A stretch of DNA of 38,162 nt, taken from positions 1 through 38,162 of the IMG/VR virus record IMGVR_UViG_3300039180_001510; one strand, 5' to 3'. Below are positions 8,776-17,916 of this stretch, piece by piece. The number at the start of each line of letters is the position of its first letter. The first letter of the stretch is position 1. Both the position numbers and the translations under genes were made by a program. The DNA comes from a virus (taxonomy: Duplodnaviria > Caudoviricetes). Under the pieces are notes generated by a model. That model made no database searches. It was given only the letters and a program-made list of their open reading frames with translations, and was not told the DNA's origin.

Positions 8776-10371
8776 ATGAAAAAAACAGCAAACCAATTAC
8801 ATAAGGAATTAACAGAAAAGTTAATCACAGAAAACTATGTAGATTTACACCCTATTTCTACTTTCGAAGCAACTCCCAAACTAGATTTTGAAACTAAATT
8901 TGCAAATTTTATAAATGAGAAAAAAGGAGACTTATCTTCATTAAAACCTATTGTTAATAATGATGAAGTAACAAACACTCAAAAAGAATCAGATAGTATA
9001 TCTGCTGATTCAAAAGCTAAATTTGAAGGTAAAGGATTTCAAGCTTCTTACAAAGTAGACAAAACCATAGAAAATATTGATTCTCATAATTACGATTACA
9101 ATACTACAGTAGAAAACATTAATAATGTTAATGGTGAAGAATTACTAAAAGGTGTACAATTAGAAAGTAGCTACAATAGTGAATTAACTTTAGATGAAGC
9201 TAAAGAACTAGTAATTAACAACTTAGCTAAAGACCCTTTACATTATGTAAAAGAAGGACAATTTGGAATTAAGGGTGTAGGTTATACACAACCTAAATCA
9301 CAAAGAGCTGATGGTAAAAATGCAGGTAGTGGGTATGGTGAAAAATTAAAAGATAGTGATAATACTTGGGATTTAGTAAAAGAAAGTATTGGTGGTGTAG
9401 TAACATCAGGTAATAATCCATGGAAAAAAGTAATGGAAAACTGGATGACTGAAAACTCATTTGATGAAGCTAGAGATAAAGCAATTAATGCCTCTCAAGA
9501 AAAAGCAGGCATTGAAGAAGATGCAAAACCCGATTTCGCTGATATTGATGGAGATGGAGATAAGGAAGAATCAATGAAAAAGGCAGCATCTGATAAAAAG
9601 AAAAAACCTAAAAAGGAATCAATTGATGCTAAATTAGCCGAAATAGGAAAAGAAGCTGAAGAGGTTAAAATGGAAGCTCAATTAGACTTCTTACATGATC
9701 ATATCCAAGAAAAAGTAGACAGAGTTAGTTCAATCCAAGAAGATGAAAATCTTAGTGAATTAATTGACAAGGCGAAAATGAAACAAATGCAGAGAGAAAT
9801 CAAAGATTTGGAAAGAAAGAAAATGAAAATGGAAAGAATCTATGAAAAATCTTGTGGAAAGAAATATTCCAAAAAAGAAATGGTAGATGAAACTGAAGAA
9901 TTAGATGAAATGGATGCTGTAAGTTGGAATGATAAAAACAACCCAACACGTGGTGCTGCTGGAGAAAGAGATCCTAAAAAAGTAGGTACATCAACATCTG
10001 ACTATGCCGTAAATGAATCAAAAGGTAGATTAAACGAGGGTATAACAGAAGACTTATACGAGATACCAAAAGACACAGACCATGTAGGGTTAGAAGATTA
10101 TAAAGGTAAATTTCTAAGCCCGGCTAGTGCAGTTGATAATATGGTTAGTTCTGCTTTCGAATACAAAAAAGAAGGAGGACTTTATAAATATTTATCTAAA
10201 AGAATCAAATTTTCTACAAGCGTTCCACTAAATAAATTTGGAAAATCTTTAGGTAAAATCGAAAAAGCAAAGGATGAAAATGAAAAACCTGCTGAATACC
10301 GAGATGAATCTAATAGAAAAATAAAAAATAAGGATTTCGATCTTAATAAAGTATTTTATAAAACTGTTTAA
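8776..10371 (+). CDS. Putative prohead core/internal head protein, acidic, with DxDxDG motif
   Basis: Directly upstream of prohead protease; Glu/Lys-rich with many hydrophobic-X-E sites; DIDGDGDKEE motif. Confidence 0.6.
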   Translation: MKKTANQLHKELTEKLITENYVDLHPISTFEATPKLDFETKFANFINEKKGDLSSLKPIVNNDEVTNTQKESDSISADSKAKFEGKGFQASYKVDKTIENIDSHNYDYNTTVENINNVNGEELLKGVQLESSYNSELTLDEAKELVINNLAKDPLHYVKEGQFGIKGVGYTQPKSQRADGKNAGSGYGEKLKDSDNTWDLVKESIGGVVTSGNNPWKKVMENWMTENSFDEARDKAINASQEKAGIEEDAKPDFADIDGDGDKEESMKKAASDKKKKPKKESIDAKLAEIGKEAEEVKMEAQLDFLHDHIQEKVDRVSSIQEDENLSELIDKAKMKQMQREIKDLERKKMKMERIYEKSCGKKYSKKEMVDETEELDEMDAVSWNDKNNPTRGAAGERDPKKVGTSTSDYAVNESKGRLNEGITEDLYEIPKDTDHVGLEDYKGKFLSPASAVDNMVSSAFEYKKEGGLYKYLSKRIKFSTSVPLNKFGKSLGKIEKAKDENEKPAEYRDESNRKIKNKDFDLNKVFYKTV

Positions 10372-10376
10372 TAAAA

Positions 10377-10979
10377 ATGAAAAAATTATTAATAGAAACC
10401 CATACTGTAAGAATATCACCAACACAATTAACTGAAAATGTTAGTGAAGCAAGTGGTAATCTTTTTGTTGAAGGTATTTTAGCCACCGCTGAAGTAAAAA
10501 ATGGTAATGGTCGCTATTATTCTAAACAACTATGGGACAGAGAAATGGAAAAATATAATGAACTAGTTGAACAAAGACGTTCAATGGGAGAATTAGATCA
10601 TCCTGAATCTACTGTTATAAATCTAAAAAATGTATCTCACCTAATATCAGAATACTGGTGGGACGGGGATAATGTAATGGGTAAAATAGAAGTATTACCA
10701 ACACCCTCAGGAAATATACTAAAAGAATTAATTAAAAGTGGTGTTACCGTAGGTGTATCATCTCGTGGAATGGGTTCATTAGAAGATAGAGGTGGAGTAA
10801 TGGAAGTACAAGATGATTTCGAACTATTGTGTTGGGATTTTGTTTCAACTCCATCAAATCCAGGATCATATATGACTACCTTAAATGAAGGAAAAAACAC
10901 AGTTACATATGATTATTCAAATGTAAATAAAACAATACATGAAATCCTTTGTTCTAAGGGTTCATGTCCTATAGTATAA
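10377..10979 (+). CDS. Prohead maturation protease (T4 gp21-like)
   Basis: NGNGRYY, GELDHP, VSH, TPSGNI, GVSSRGMGS and DFVSTPS motifs. Confidence 0.95.
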   Translation: MKKLLIETHTVRISPTQLTENVSEASGNLFVEGILATAEVKNGNGRYYSKQLWDREMEKYNELVEQRRSMGELDHPESTVINLKNVSHLISEYWWDGDNVMGKIEVLPTPSGNILKELIKSGVTVGVSSRGMGSLEDRGGVMEVQDDFELLCWDFVSTPSNPGSYMTTLNEGKNTVTYDYSNVNKTIHEILCSKGSCPIV

Positions 10980-11018
10980 TAATATTTCTTCGGACGCTAC
11001 CGACGGATTTAAAGCATG

Positions 11019-11041
11019 GAGCGCTCATTTGAGCGCTTTTT
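11019..11041 (+). terminator. Rho-independent terminator
   Basis: AGCGCTC-ATTT-GAGCGCT stem followed by T run. Confidence 0.75.
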
Positions 11042-11062
11042 GTATTCTTAAAACCCCCCCAT

Positions 11063-11073
11063 ATACGTATAAT
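11063..11073 (+). promoter_or_regulatory. Putative late promoter variant ATACGTATAAT
   Basis: Two-base variant of ATATTTATAAT; also at 14025 and 32719; lies after terminator, before scaffold/capsid genes. Confidence 0.6.
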
Positions 11074-11172
11074 TGTAATGTGTCATGAGTATCTTATATG
11101 ACACCGATATAAAAAATATTTCCTATTACGATTCCTAATAATCGTATTTCACAAAAAAAAAATTTTGAGATT

Positions 11173-12264
11173 ATGGCAAACACAGATTTGTTAAAAGAAG
11201 CAATTGCCGATGCTAAGTCCGTTAAGGAAACTGCAATCGCAAACGCTAAACTTGCTCTTGAAGAGGCTTTTACACCTCATTTAAAAAGTATGTTATCCGC
11301 AAAATTAGAAGAAATGGACAAGGACGAAGTTGAAGAAACTGAAATCCAAGAAGTTGAAGCTGATTTAGAAGAAGCATATGATGACGTAAAAGAAGAAAAA
11401 GAAGAAGTTGAAGAAATCAATCTTGATGAGTTATTAGCTGAGTTAGAGTTAGATGAAAACGCTCGTACAGACGCTGAAGAGGAAGGCTACAAAGATGGTA
11501 TTAAGGACGAAAAAGAGGACTTGAAAGAGGACGAACGTACTGATGCTGAGGAAGAAGGCTACCTTGACGGAGAAAAGGACGAGAAAGAGGACGAAGACGG
11601 CAAATTGGAAGATGAAGAAATTGATCTAGAAGATATGTCAGAAGACGACCTTAAAGGTTTCATTGAGGATGTTATTAAAGATTTAGTAGCAGACGGAACT
11701 ATCGAACCAGGTGATGAATTTATTGAAGATGAAGAAGATATTGAAGACGTTGTAGACGTTGACAGTATTGAAGATGTTGAAGATGTTGATATTGATGTAG
11801 AAATCGATGAAGCAAAAGTAGAAGATTTAGACGAAATGTCTAAAAAAGAAAAAGCTGAAGGTGACGATCGTAAAAAAGACGATAAAATCGAAGCTGAAAC
11901 TGAAAAAATGAGATTTAAAGAAGCATTAGATGAAATTAATGCCCTTAAAGTTGAATTAAACGAAGTTAATTTACTTAATGCTAAGTTACTTTACACAAAC
12001 AAGATTTTCAAATCGAAAAACTTATCTGAAGACAAAAAAGTTAAAGTGTTAAAGGCATTTGACAAAGCGACTTCAGTAAAAGAGGCAAAAGTTGTCTTTG
12101 AAACTTTAAATGAAGGAATAGCTTCTAAAGCAACTCCAACATTTAATAGTATTAAGGGTAGTGCTTCAAAAGCGACAGGAACAATTACTGAAGCTAAAAA
12201 ACAACCAATAATTGAATCAAACGATGTTTACGATAGAATGCGTAAACTAGCAGGTTTAATTTAA
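11173..12264 (+). CDS. Prohead scaffolding protein (T4 gp22 equivalent)
   Basis: Extremely acidic coiled-coil protein between protease and major capsid; C-terminal RMRKLAGL. Confidence 0.8.
   Translation: MANTDLLKEAIADAKSVKETAIANAKLALEEAFTPHLKSMLSAKLEEMDKDEVEETEIQEVEADLEEAYDDVKEEKEEVEEINLDELLAELELDENARTDAEEEGYKDGIKDEKEDLKEDERTDAEEEGYLDGEKDEKEDEDGKLEDEEIDLEDMSEDDLKGFIEDVIKDLVADGTIEPGDEFIEDEEDIEDVVDVDSIEDVEDVDIDVEIDEAKVEDLDEMSKKEKAEGDDRKKDDKIEAETEKMRFKEALDEINALKVELNEVNLLNAKLLYTNKIFKSKNLSEDKKVKVLKAFDKATSVKEAKVVFETLNEGIASKATPTFNSIKGSASKATGTITEAKKQPIIESNDVYDRMRKLAGLI
11464..11592 (+). repeat. Imperfect direct repeat (2 x 57 bp, 72-bp period) in scaffold
   Basis: RTDAEEEGYKDGIKDEKED (11464-11520) and RTDAEEEGYLDGEKDEKED (11536-11592). 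Confidence 0.9.
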
Positions 12265-12304
12265 ACACAAAAATTAATTTAATTAACCTTAAAAATTTAA
12301 AAAA

Positions 12305-13960
12305 ATGAGCTTAAATACTCTTTTAGAAAGCGCAAACCCATACCACTCAGTACAGAGTGATGCGGCCAGATTGGCAAACAAATGGGAAAAAACAGGTTTG
12401 TTAGAAGGAATGAGTGGTGCTAATAAAAGCAACATGGGAATTATTCTTGAAAACCAAGCTAAACAATTAGTAGTAGAATCATCTAATACAGGTGGAGGTG
12501 CTGGTTCTGGTACTTTTACAGCAGGAACAGGTGCTCAGTGGGCAGGTGTTGCTTTACCATTGGTAAGAAAAGTATTTGGACAGATCGCAGCGAAAGAATT
12601 CGTTAGTGTTCAACCAATGAACTTACCTTCTGGTCTTGTATTTTATCTAGATTTCCAATATGGAACTGACAAAGCACCTTTTGGAAAAGGTGAGTCATTA
12701 TATGGAAATACTGGAACTAACCCATCAACTTTACCTTTTGGAAACACTAATACAGGTGGTCTTTACGGTGCAGGAAGATATGGTTATTCTATTAACTTAA
12801 CATCTTCTGTATTAGCAAATGCTGCTTTATCTTCGGGTTCAGCAACTATGACTGATATCTGTTGGGATTCTTCATTATCTTCTTCTGTAGCTCTTGGGCC
12901 ACAAGCAGTAGGTGGTTTAGCATTATTAACAGTATTAACTTCTTCTATCAATGCAAACTTTGATCAAGAAGCACTTAAGAGTTTTTACTTAATTGGTGCA
13001 AATGCTCCAACAATAGCTAACCAGTACCCACAATTTACTAAATTCGCTTCTAACGGTGCAGATTTAGAATTTGTAGTACCATCTAATTCTGTTATACCAG
13101 GAACTAATTCTGCTTTATCTTATTCATTAGCTCCATTGGACAATGAAAGAGGTGATTTCGAAGACGGAAACAATAACTTAAACGGACAAAATACTCCAAT
13201 TAAAATTCCAGAAATCAACGTACAGATGCAATCATCTGCAATCGTTGCTAAAACTAGAAAATTGAAAGCAGTATGGACGCCAGAATTCGCACAGGATTTA
13301 AATGCATACCATGCATTAGATGCTGAAGCTGAATTAACTTCAATCTTAAGTGAATATATTTCATTAGAAATTGATTTAGAAATTTTAGATATGTTAGTTG
13401 AATCTGCTGCTGCTGGAACAGAAATCTGGTCAGCTGTAAACAACAGAGCGATCTCAGGAACTGGAAACGGTGCTGTATCATCTTTAGGATTCTATAATTC
13501 TCAAGGACAATGGTTCCAAACATTAGGAACTAAAATCCAAAAATTAAGTAACATCATTCACCAGAAAACTCTACGTGGTGGTGCTAACTTTATGGTAATT
13601 TCTCCAACAATCGGTACTATCTTAGAATCAATTCCAGGATATGCTGCTGATGCAGACGGAGATGTAAGTGCAGCTACTTACGCTTTTGGTGTACAAAAAG
13701 TAGGTGCTTTCAACGGAAGATATAAAGTATACAAAAATCCTTACATGACAGACAACTGTATGTTATTAGGATTTAGAGGTGCTCAATTCCTTGAAACTGG
13801 TGCTGTATTTGCTCCATACATTCCATTAATCATGACTCCATTAGTATATGATCCAGAAACTTTTACTCCACGTAAAGGATTGATGACTCGTTATGCTAAG
13901 AAAATGGTTCGTCCTGAATTCTATGGTAAAATTATGATCAACGGTCTTGAAACTCTATAG
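12305..13960 (+). CDS. Major capsid protein (T4 gp23-like)
   Basis: ILENQ, VQPMNLPSGLVFYL, AKTRKLKAVWTPEFAQDLNAYH, DAEAEL, APYIPL and PRKGLMTRY motifs. Confidence 0.97.
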   Translation: MSLNTLLESANPYHSVQSDAARLANKWEKTGLLEGMSGANKSNMGIILENQAKQLVVESSNTGGGAGSGTFTAGTGAQWAGVALPLVRKVFGQIAAKEFVSVQPMNLPSGLVFYLDFQYGTDKAPFGKGESLYGNTGTNPSTLPFGNTNTGGLYGAGRYGYSINLTSSVLANAALSSGSATMTDICWDSSLSSSVALGPQAVGGLALLTVLTSSINANFDQEALKSFYLIGANAPTIANQYPQFTKFASNGADLEFVVPSNSVIPGTNSALSYSLAPLDNERGDFEDGNNNLNGQNTPIKIPEINVQMQSSAIVAKTRKLKAVWTPEFAQDLNAYHALDAEAELTSILSEYISLEIDLEILDMLVESAAAGTEIWSAVNNRAISGTGNGAVSSLGFYNSQGQWFQTLGTKIQKLSNIIHQKTLRGGANFMVISPTIGTILESIPGYAADADGDVSAATYAFGVQKVGAFNGRYKVYKNPYMTDNCMLLGFRGAQFLETGAVFAPYIPLIMTPLVYDPETFTPRKGLMTRYAKKMVRPEFYGKIMINGLETL

Positions 13961-13990
13961 TAGATAGATTAAACATAATTTAGTAAAATT

Positions 13991-14017
13991 AACCCGGCTT
14001 TGGCCGGGTTTTTTTTT
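13991..14017 (+). terminator. Rho-independent terminator after major capsid gene
   Basis: AACCCGGC-TTTG-GCCGGGTT followed by long T run. Confidence 0.9.
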
Positions 14018-14024
14018 ACTTTTC

Positions 14025-14038
14025 ATACGTATAATAAA
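14025..14038 (+). promoter_or_regulatory. Putative late promoter variant ATACGTATAATAAA
   Basis: Immediately after terminator, upstream of phoH. Confidence 0.6.
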
Positions 14039-14157
14039 ATGCGTTATATCCAAACTATATTTATCTCATTATATAGCTACATCAATAATTTACGGTTTGT
14101 TAACGTATTTACAACACTTTTATTCACTAATCGCACAACCCTTAATTTAAACACTTT

Positions 14158-14844
14158 ATGGCAAGTAAACACCACACGGATGATGTATTCGTCCAAAAGA
14201 GAAGACCAAAAAATCCAATCAAATTTAATGTACAGCTTAACGACGAACAGAAGGAAGCTAAAGCAAAAATTATAGATTCACCAATAACGGTAATTAAAGG
14301 AATGGCAGGCTCAGGAAAAACCCTAGTTGCAACACAAGTAGCATTAGATATGCTATTTACAAAACAGGTAGATAAGATTGTTATAACAAGACCTACAGTA
14401 TCTAAAGAGGATATAGGTTTTTTACCAGGAGATATTAAAGAAAAAATGGACCCATGGTTAGCACCAATTTATCACAACCTTAATATGCTCTATAATAAGG
14501 ATAAAATACAGAAATTGCTCGATGACGAAATCATAGAAGTAGTCCCTTTTGCATTCTTAAGAGGTAGAACATTCTTAGATGCATTTGTTATAGTAGATGA
14601 AGCTCAAAATGTTACACATACACAAATGGAAACCGTAATTGGAAGATTAGGTAAAGGTTCTAAAATGGTGATATGTGGTGATATGGCTCAAATCGATTTA
14701 AAAGATAAACGAGAAACTGGTTTTTCATTTCTATCTAGAATAGAAGAAAATGTAGAAGGATTTAGAACCTCTACTCTATTAAAAAACCATAGACATGAAA
14801 TAGTTTCACCTATCCTTAAGGTTTATCAAACCTTTAGAGATTAA
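14158..14844 (+). CDS. phoH: PhoH-family ATPase
   Basis: GMAGSGKT, ITRP, IGFLPGD, FLRGRTF, IVDEAQN, GDMAQID and HRH motifs. Confidence 0.95.
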   Translation: MASKHHTDDVFVQKRRPKNPIKFNVQLNDEQKEAKAKIIDSPITVIKGMAGSGKTLVATQVALDMLFTKQVDKIVITRPTVSKEDIGFLPGDIKEKMDPWLAPIYHNLNMLYNKDKIQKLLDDEIIEVVPFAFLRGRTFLDAFVIVDEAQNVTHTQMETVIGRLGKGSKMVICGDMAQIDLKDKRETGFSFLSRIEENVEGFRTSTLLKNHRHEIVSPILKVYQTFRD

Positions 14845-14856
14845 CGAACTTTTTTC

Positions 14857-14866
14857 ATATTTATAA
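14857..14866 (+). promoter_or_regulatory. Putative late promoter ATATTTATAA
   Basis: Exact motif upstream of neck gene. Confidence 0.7.
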
Positions 14867-14902
14867 ACATATAACACATATCAATAGCTTAAAAAACATA
14901 AT

Positions 14903-16087
14903 ATGAACATACCAATATGGGGCGGGACAAGTACATATACACCAGACTCTGATGAAACCCCCTTTGGGTTTTATGATGCTAACACTAACTTTGTAAGTGA
15001 TGCTCCAAAAGTAGCAGATTTTTGTGCTAGAAGATTAGGTTACCCTTTAGTAGATATCGAACTCCAATCAGGATCGTTTTTTACTGCCTTTGAGGAGGCT
15101 GTAACCACATATGGTAACGAGATTTACGCATATAAAATACGAGATAATCAATTATCCCTTGAGGGACTACCAACCGCATCAAACTTAAATACTGCGCTTA
15201 TAACACCGAGTTTTGAACCAATAGTTAGACTATCAGAACAATATGGAGAAGAAGCAGGTAGTGGGGGTAATGTAACCTATTATTCAGGTTCGTTTGCTTT
15301 AACCTCTAGTATTCAAGATTATTCTTTTGCACAATTTATGGTTGATAATGACCTTACAGGATCTGATTATATTCATGGGTTAGAAGTAAAAAGAGTATTT
15401 TACGAAAATCCTTACCCGGCAGCAGGTCGCATGTTAGGTGCAGGTGATGGTTTTGGTTTTGGTGGAGTAATGGCTGCTGGTATAATGGGTATAGGAGGAT
15501 TTGGTGCTGAAGGAGGATACTTAATGGCTCCTTTAAACTATGAAATTGCAGTTATCCAACAAATTGAAATGAGTGAAACTATTAGAAGAAATAACTACTC
15601 ATTTGAAATTCGAAACGACCAATTAAGGGTATTTCCAATTCCAAACCATACTAATTTTGATGTAAACACACCACCTAGAATATGGTTCGAGTACATCTTA
15701 AGAGATGAAAGAATAGCAAGTTCGGTAATGCAAACACCAGGGAATGTTACTAACGTGTCAAACGCACCTTATGGTAACCCTAATTATAATGAAATTAATA
15801 GTGTAGGACGTCAATGGATATTTGAATACACATTATCATTATCTAAAGAGATGCTAGGATATGTAAGGGGTAAATATGGTAGTATACCAATCCCAAATGC
15901 TGATGTTGTTCTAAATCAATCAGATTTAATAGCAGCAGCAACAGCAGAAAAAACATCATTGATAGAAAGATTAAGAACTTATTTAGATGAAACCTCAAGA
16001 ATGTCTGCTTTAGAAAGAAGAGCTAAAGAAGGAGAATCCAAAATGCAGGAACTACAGAAGGTTCCATATACAATTTATATCGCGTAA
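14903..16087 (+). CDS. Neck/head-tail adaptor protein (T4 gp13-like)
   Basis: RRLGYPLVDIEL and C-terminal KEMLGYVRGKY..IPIPNADVVLN resemble gp13; synteny. Confidence 0.75.
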   Translation: MNIPIWGGTSTYTPDSDETPFGFYDANTNFVSDAPKVADFCARRLGYPLVDIELQSGSFFTAFEEAVTTYGNEIYAYKIRDNQLSLEGLPTASNLNTALITPSFEPIVRLSEQYGEEAGSGGNVTYYSGSFALTSSIQDYSFAQFMVDNDLTGSDYIHGLEVKRVFYENPYPAAGRMLGAGDGFGFGGVMAAGIMGIGGFGAEGGYLMAPLNYEIAVIQQIEMSETIRRNNYSFEIRNDQLRVFPIPNHTNFDVNTPPRIWFEYILRDERIASSVMQTPGNVTNVSNAPYGNPNYNEINSVGRQWIFEYTLSLSKEMLGYVRGKYGSIPIPNADVVLNQSDLIAAATAEKTSLIERLRTYLDETSRMSALERRAKEGESKMQELQKVPYTIYIA

Positions 16088-16088
16088 T

Positions 16089-16619
16089 ATGGCAATGTAC
16101 ACTAGACAAAGGGATGTTTCTCTTATGCGAAAGTTTAATAGAGAATTGATGGGTAATATTATTACCCAACAGTGTGCCTTATACCAATTTAAATTAGAAG
16201 AAACTAAAGTAAACATCTATGGCGAAGCAGCTGAAGAAAAATACTACAATGGTCCTTTTTTATTCAATGTTTTGATAGATAGGGGTGACCAACAGTATGC
16301 TGAAAGTGGAGAAGGGGTACAATTTGAACAGGGCATTAACTTTAATTTCTTTAGAGATGATTTAGTTGAAAAAGACGTAGTCCCCCGAGTAGGTGATATC
16401 GTTTTATATGAAGCTAAATATTATGGGGTACAGAGCACAATTGCCAACCAATATTGGGGTGGTAAAAATCCTGATTACCCTAATAATGATTCAGATGGTA
16501 CACCAAACCCACTAAATCCTGGATTACATCAATTTGGTAACAATATTTCAATATTAGTATCAACGTATTATATTCCTGCAGATAAAGCAGCAATCTCACC
16601 ATATATAGAAAGAATGTAA
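16089..16619 (+). CDS. Head closure/neck protein (T4 gp14-like)
   Basis: NIYGE and PRVGDIV motifs; follows gp13-like gene. Confidence 0.65.
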   Translation: MAMYTRQRDVSLMRKFNRELMGNIITQQCALYQFKLEETKVNIYGEAAEEKYYNGPFLFNVLIDRGDQQYAESGEGVQFEQGINFNFFRDDLVEKDVVPRVGDIVLYEAKYYGVQSTIANQYWGGKNPDYPNNDSDGTPNPLNPGLHQFGNNISILVSTYYIPADKAAISPYIERM

Positions 16620-17563
16620 TGGCAAAACCTAGAAAACCAGTACCAAAAACCCAACGTGCAATTAGTAAGGGGGAACAAACTGCCTTTGAAGGCATAGAAG
16701 GCAGAGGAGAACAAGGTAACCCTAATTCTGCAATTGTACCATCAAATCCAAATTACACAGAAACGGGCATTGACTTTAATAGGTCTAAGCAGATGAGTTT
16801 TAAAGGTGATGATACAAAACAATATTCTGTCGGCATACAGGATTTAGATGAAGCGGTATTTTATTATTTTAACAATATGATAAAACCTTTTGTTTATCAA
16901 AATGGTGAACGAAGAGAAGTACCCGTAATATATGGTGCACCTGAAAGATGGAAATCTTTCCAACGTGATGGGTATTATAGAGATAAAGCAGGAGCAATTA
17001 TGCTTCCTATTATAGTAATTAAGAGGGACTCGTTAACAAAAGACAGGTCAGTAGCAAATAAATTAGATGCAAACCAACCTAACTTATATGGGGTTTGGTC
17101 TAAACAATTTAGCCCAAAAAACTTCTATAGTAACTTTGGAACTTTAAATAACAGGAAACCAGTTGAAAAATATCATGTAGTAGCCCAACCAGACTATGTT
17201 AATTTAGAATATAGTGTATTAGTTCAAACTTACTATATGGAACAATTAAATAAAATAATTGAATCATGTGAATACGCTTCAGATGCATATTGGGGTAATC
17301 CTGAAAGATTCCAATTTAGGGCTTTTATAGATAGTTTTAGTACATCAACTGAACTAACACAGGGTAAGGATCGATTAGTAAAAGGAACATTTAATATTAG
17401 AATGAGAGGGTACATACTACCCGACACAATTCAAAAAGAATTAAATTCTACTAAAATATACAATTCCAAAGCAAAAATAAGTATTACTACAGAGGCAGTT
17501 GTTAATTTAAACGATACTGAAACAATATCAAATCCTACAAACGATGGACGTACAAGAATGTAA
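16619..17563 (+). CDS. Tail terminator/sheath stabiliser (T4 gp15-like)
   Basis: VPVIYGAPERW and LPIIVI motifs; position before sheath. Confidence 0.65.
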   Translation: MAKPRKPVPKTQRAISKGEQTAFEGIEGRGEQGNPNSAIVPSNPNYTETGIDFNRSKQMSFKGDDTKQYSVGIQDLDEAVFYYFNNMIKPFVYQNGERREVPVIYGAPERWKSFQRDGYYRDKAGAIMLPIIVIKRDSLTKDRSVANKLDANQPNLYGVWSKQFSPKNFYSNFGTLNNRKPVEKYHVVAQPDYVNLEYSVLVQTYYMEQLNKIIESCEYASDAYWGNPERFQFRAFIDSFSTSTELTQGKDRLVKGTFNIRMRGYILPDTIQKELNSTKIYNSKAKISITTEAVVNLNDTETISNPTNDGRTRM

Positions 17564-17581
17564 TTTTGATAATTTTTCTAC

Positions 17582-17595
17582 ATATTTATAATAAA
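17582..17595 (+). promoter_or_regulatory. Putative late promoter ATATTTATAATAAA
   Basis: Exact motif upstream of 17610. Confidence 0.75.
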
Positions 17596-17609
17596 TTAAA
17601 AATTTAAAT

Positions 17610-17861
17610 ATGGAAGTTAAAAAGTTATTAAATAAAGAAGTAAGTACTCTTCAAGAATTTCAAGTAAAAAACAACGAAATAATTGGTGGGTTAGGAACAA
17701 TAGAAATAAGGATTAATGCCTTAAAAATACAAAAAAGAGAGTTGTTGGAGGAATTCGATAAATTATCTAAAGATCAAAATCAAACTGCTAAAGAATTAGA
17801 AGATAAGTATGGTAATGGTAACATAGATTTAGATAAAGGTGAATTTACACCAATAGCTTAA
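17610..17861 (+). CDS. Small coiled-coil hypothetical protein
   Basis: 83-aa ORF with own late motif; ends KYGNGNIDLDKGEF. Confidence 0.7.
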   Translation: MEVKKLLNKEVSTLQEFQVKNNEIIGGLGTIEIRINALKIQKRELLEEFDKLSKDQNQTAKELEDKYGNGNIDLDKGEFTPIA

Positions 17862-17879
17862 TTTTTGAAATAATTTTTA

Positions 17880-17893
17880 ATATTTATAATAAA
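17880..17893 (+). promoter_or_regulatory. Putative late promoter ATATTTATAATAAA
   Basis: Exact motif upstream of sheath gene. Confidence 0.75.
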
Positions 17894-17916
17894 ACAATAT
17901 AACAAATACTTAGACA

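Noticed and set aside
14000-14038. TTG start of the 91-aa ORF 14000..14275
   Set aside because: Start lies within the terminator hairpin and upstream of the promoter motif; only the ATG at 14039 is plausible, and even that is unproven.
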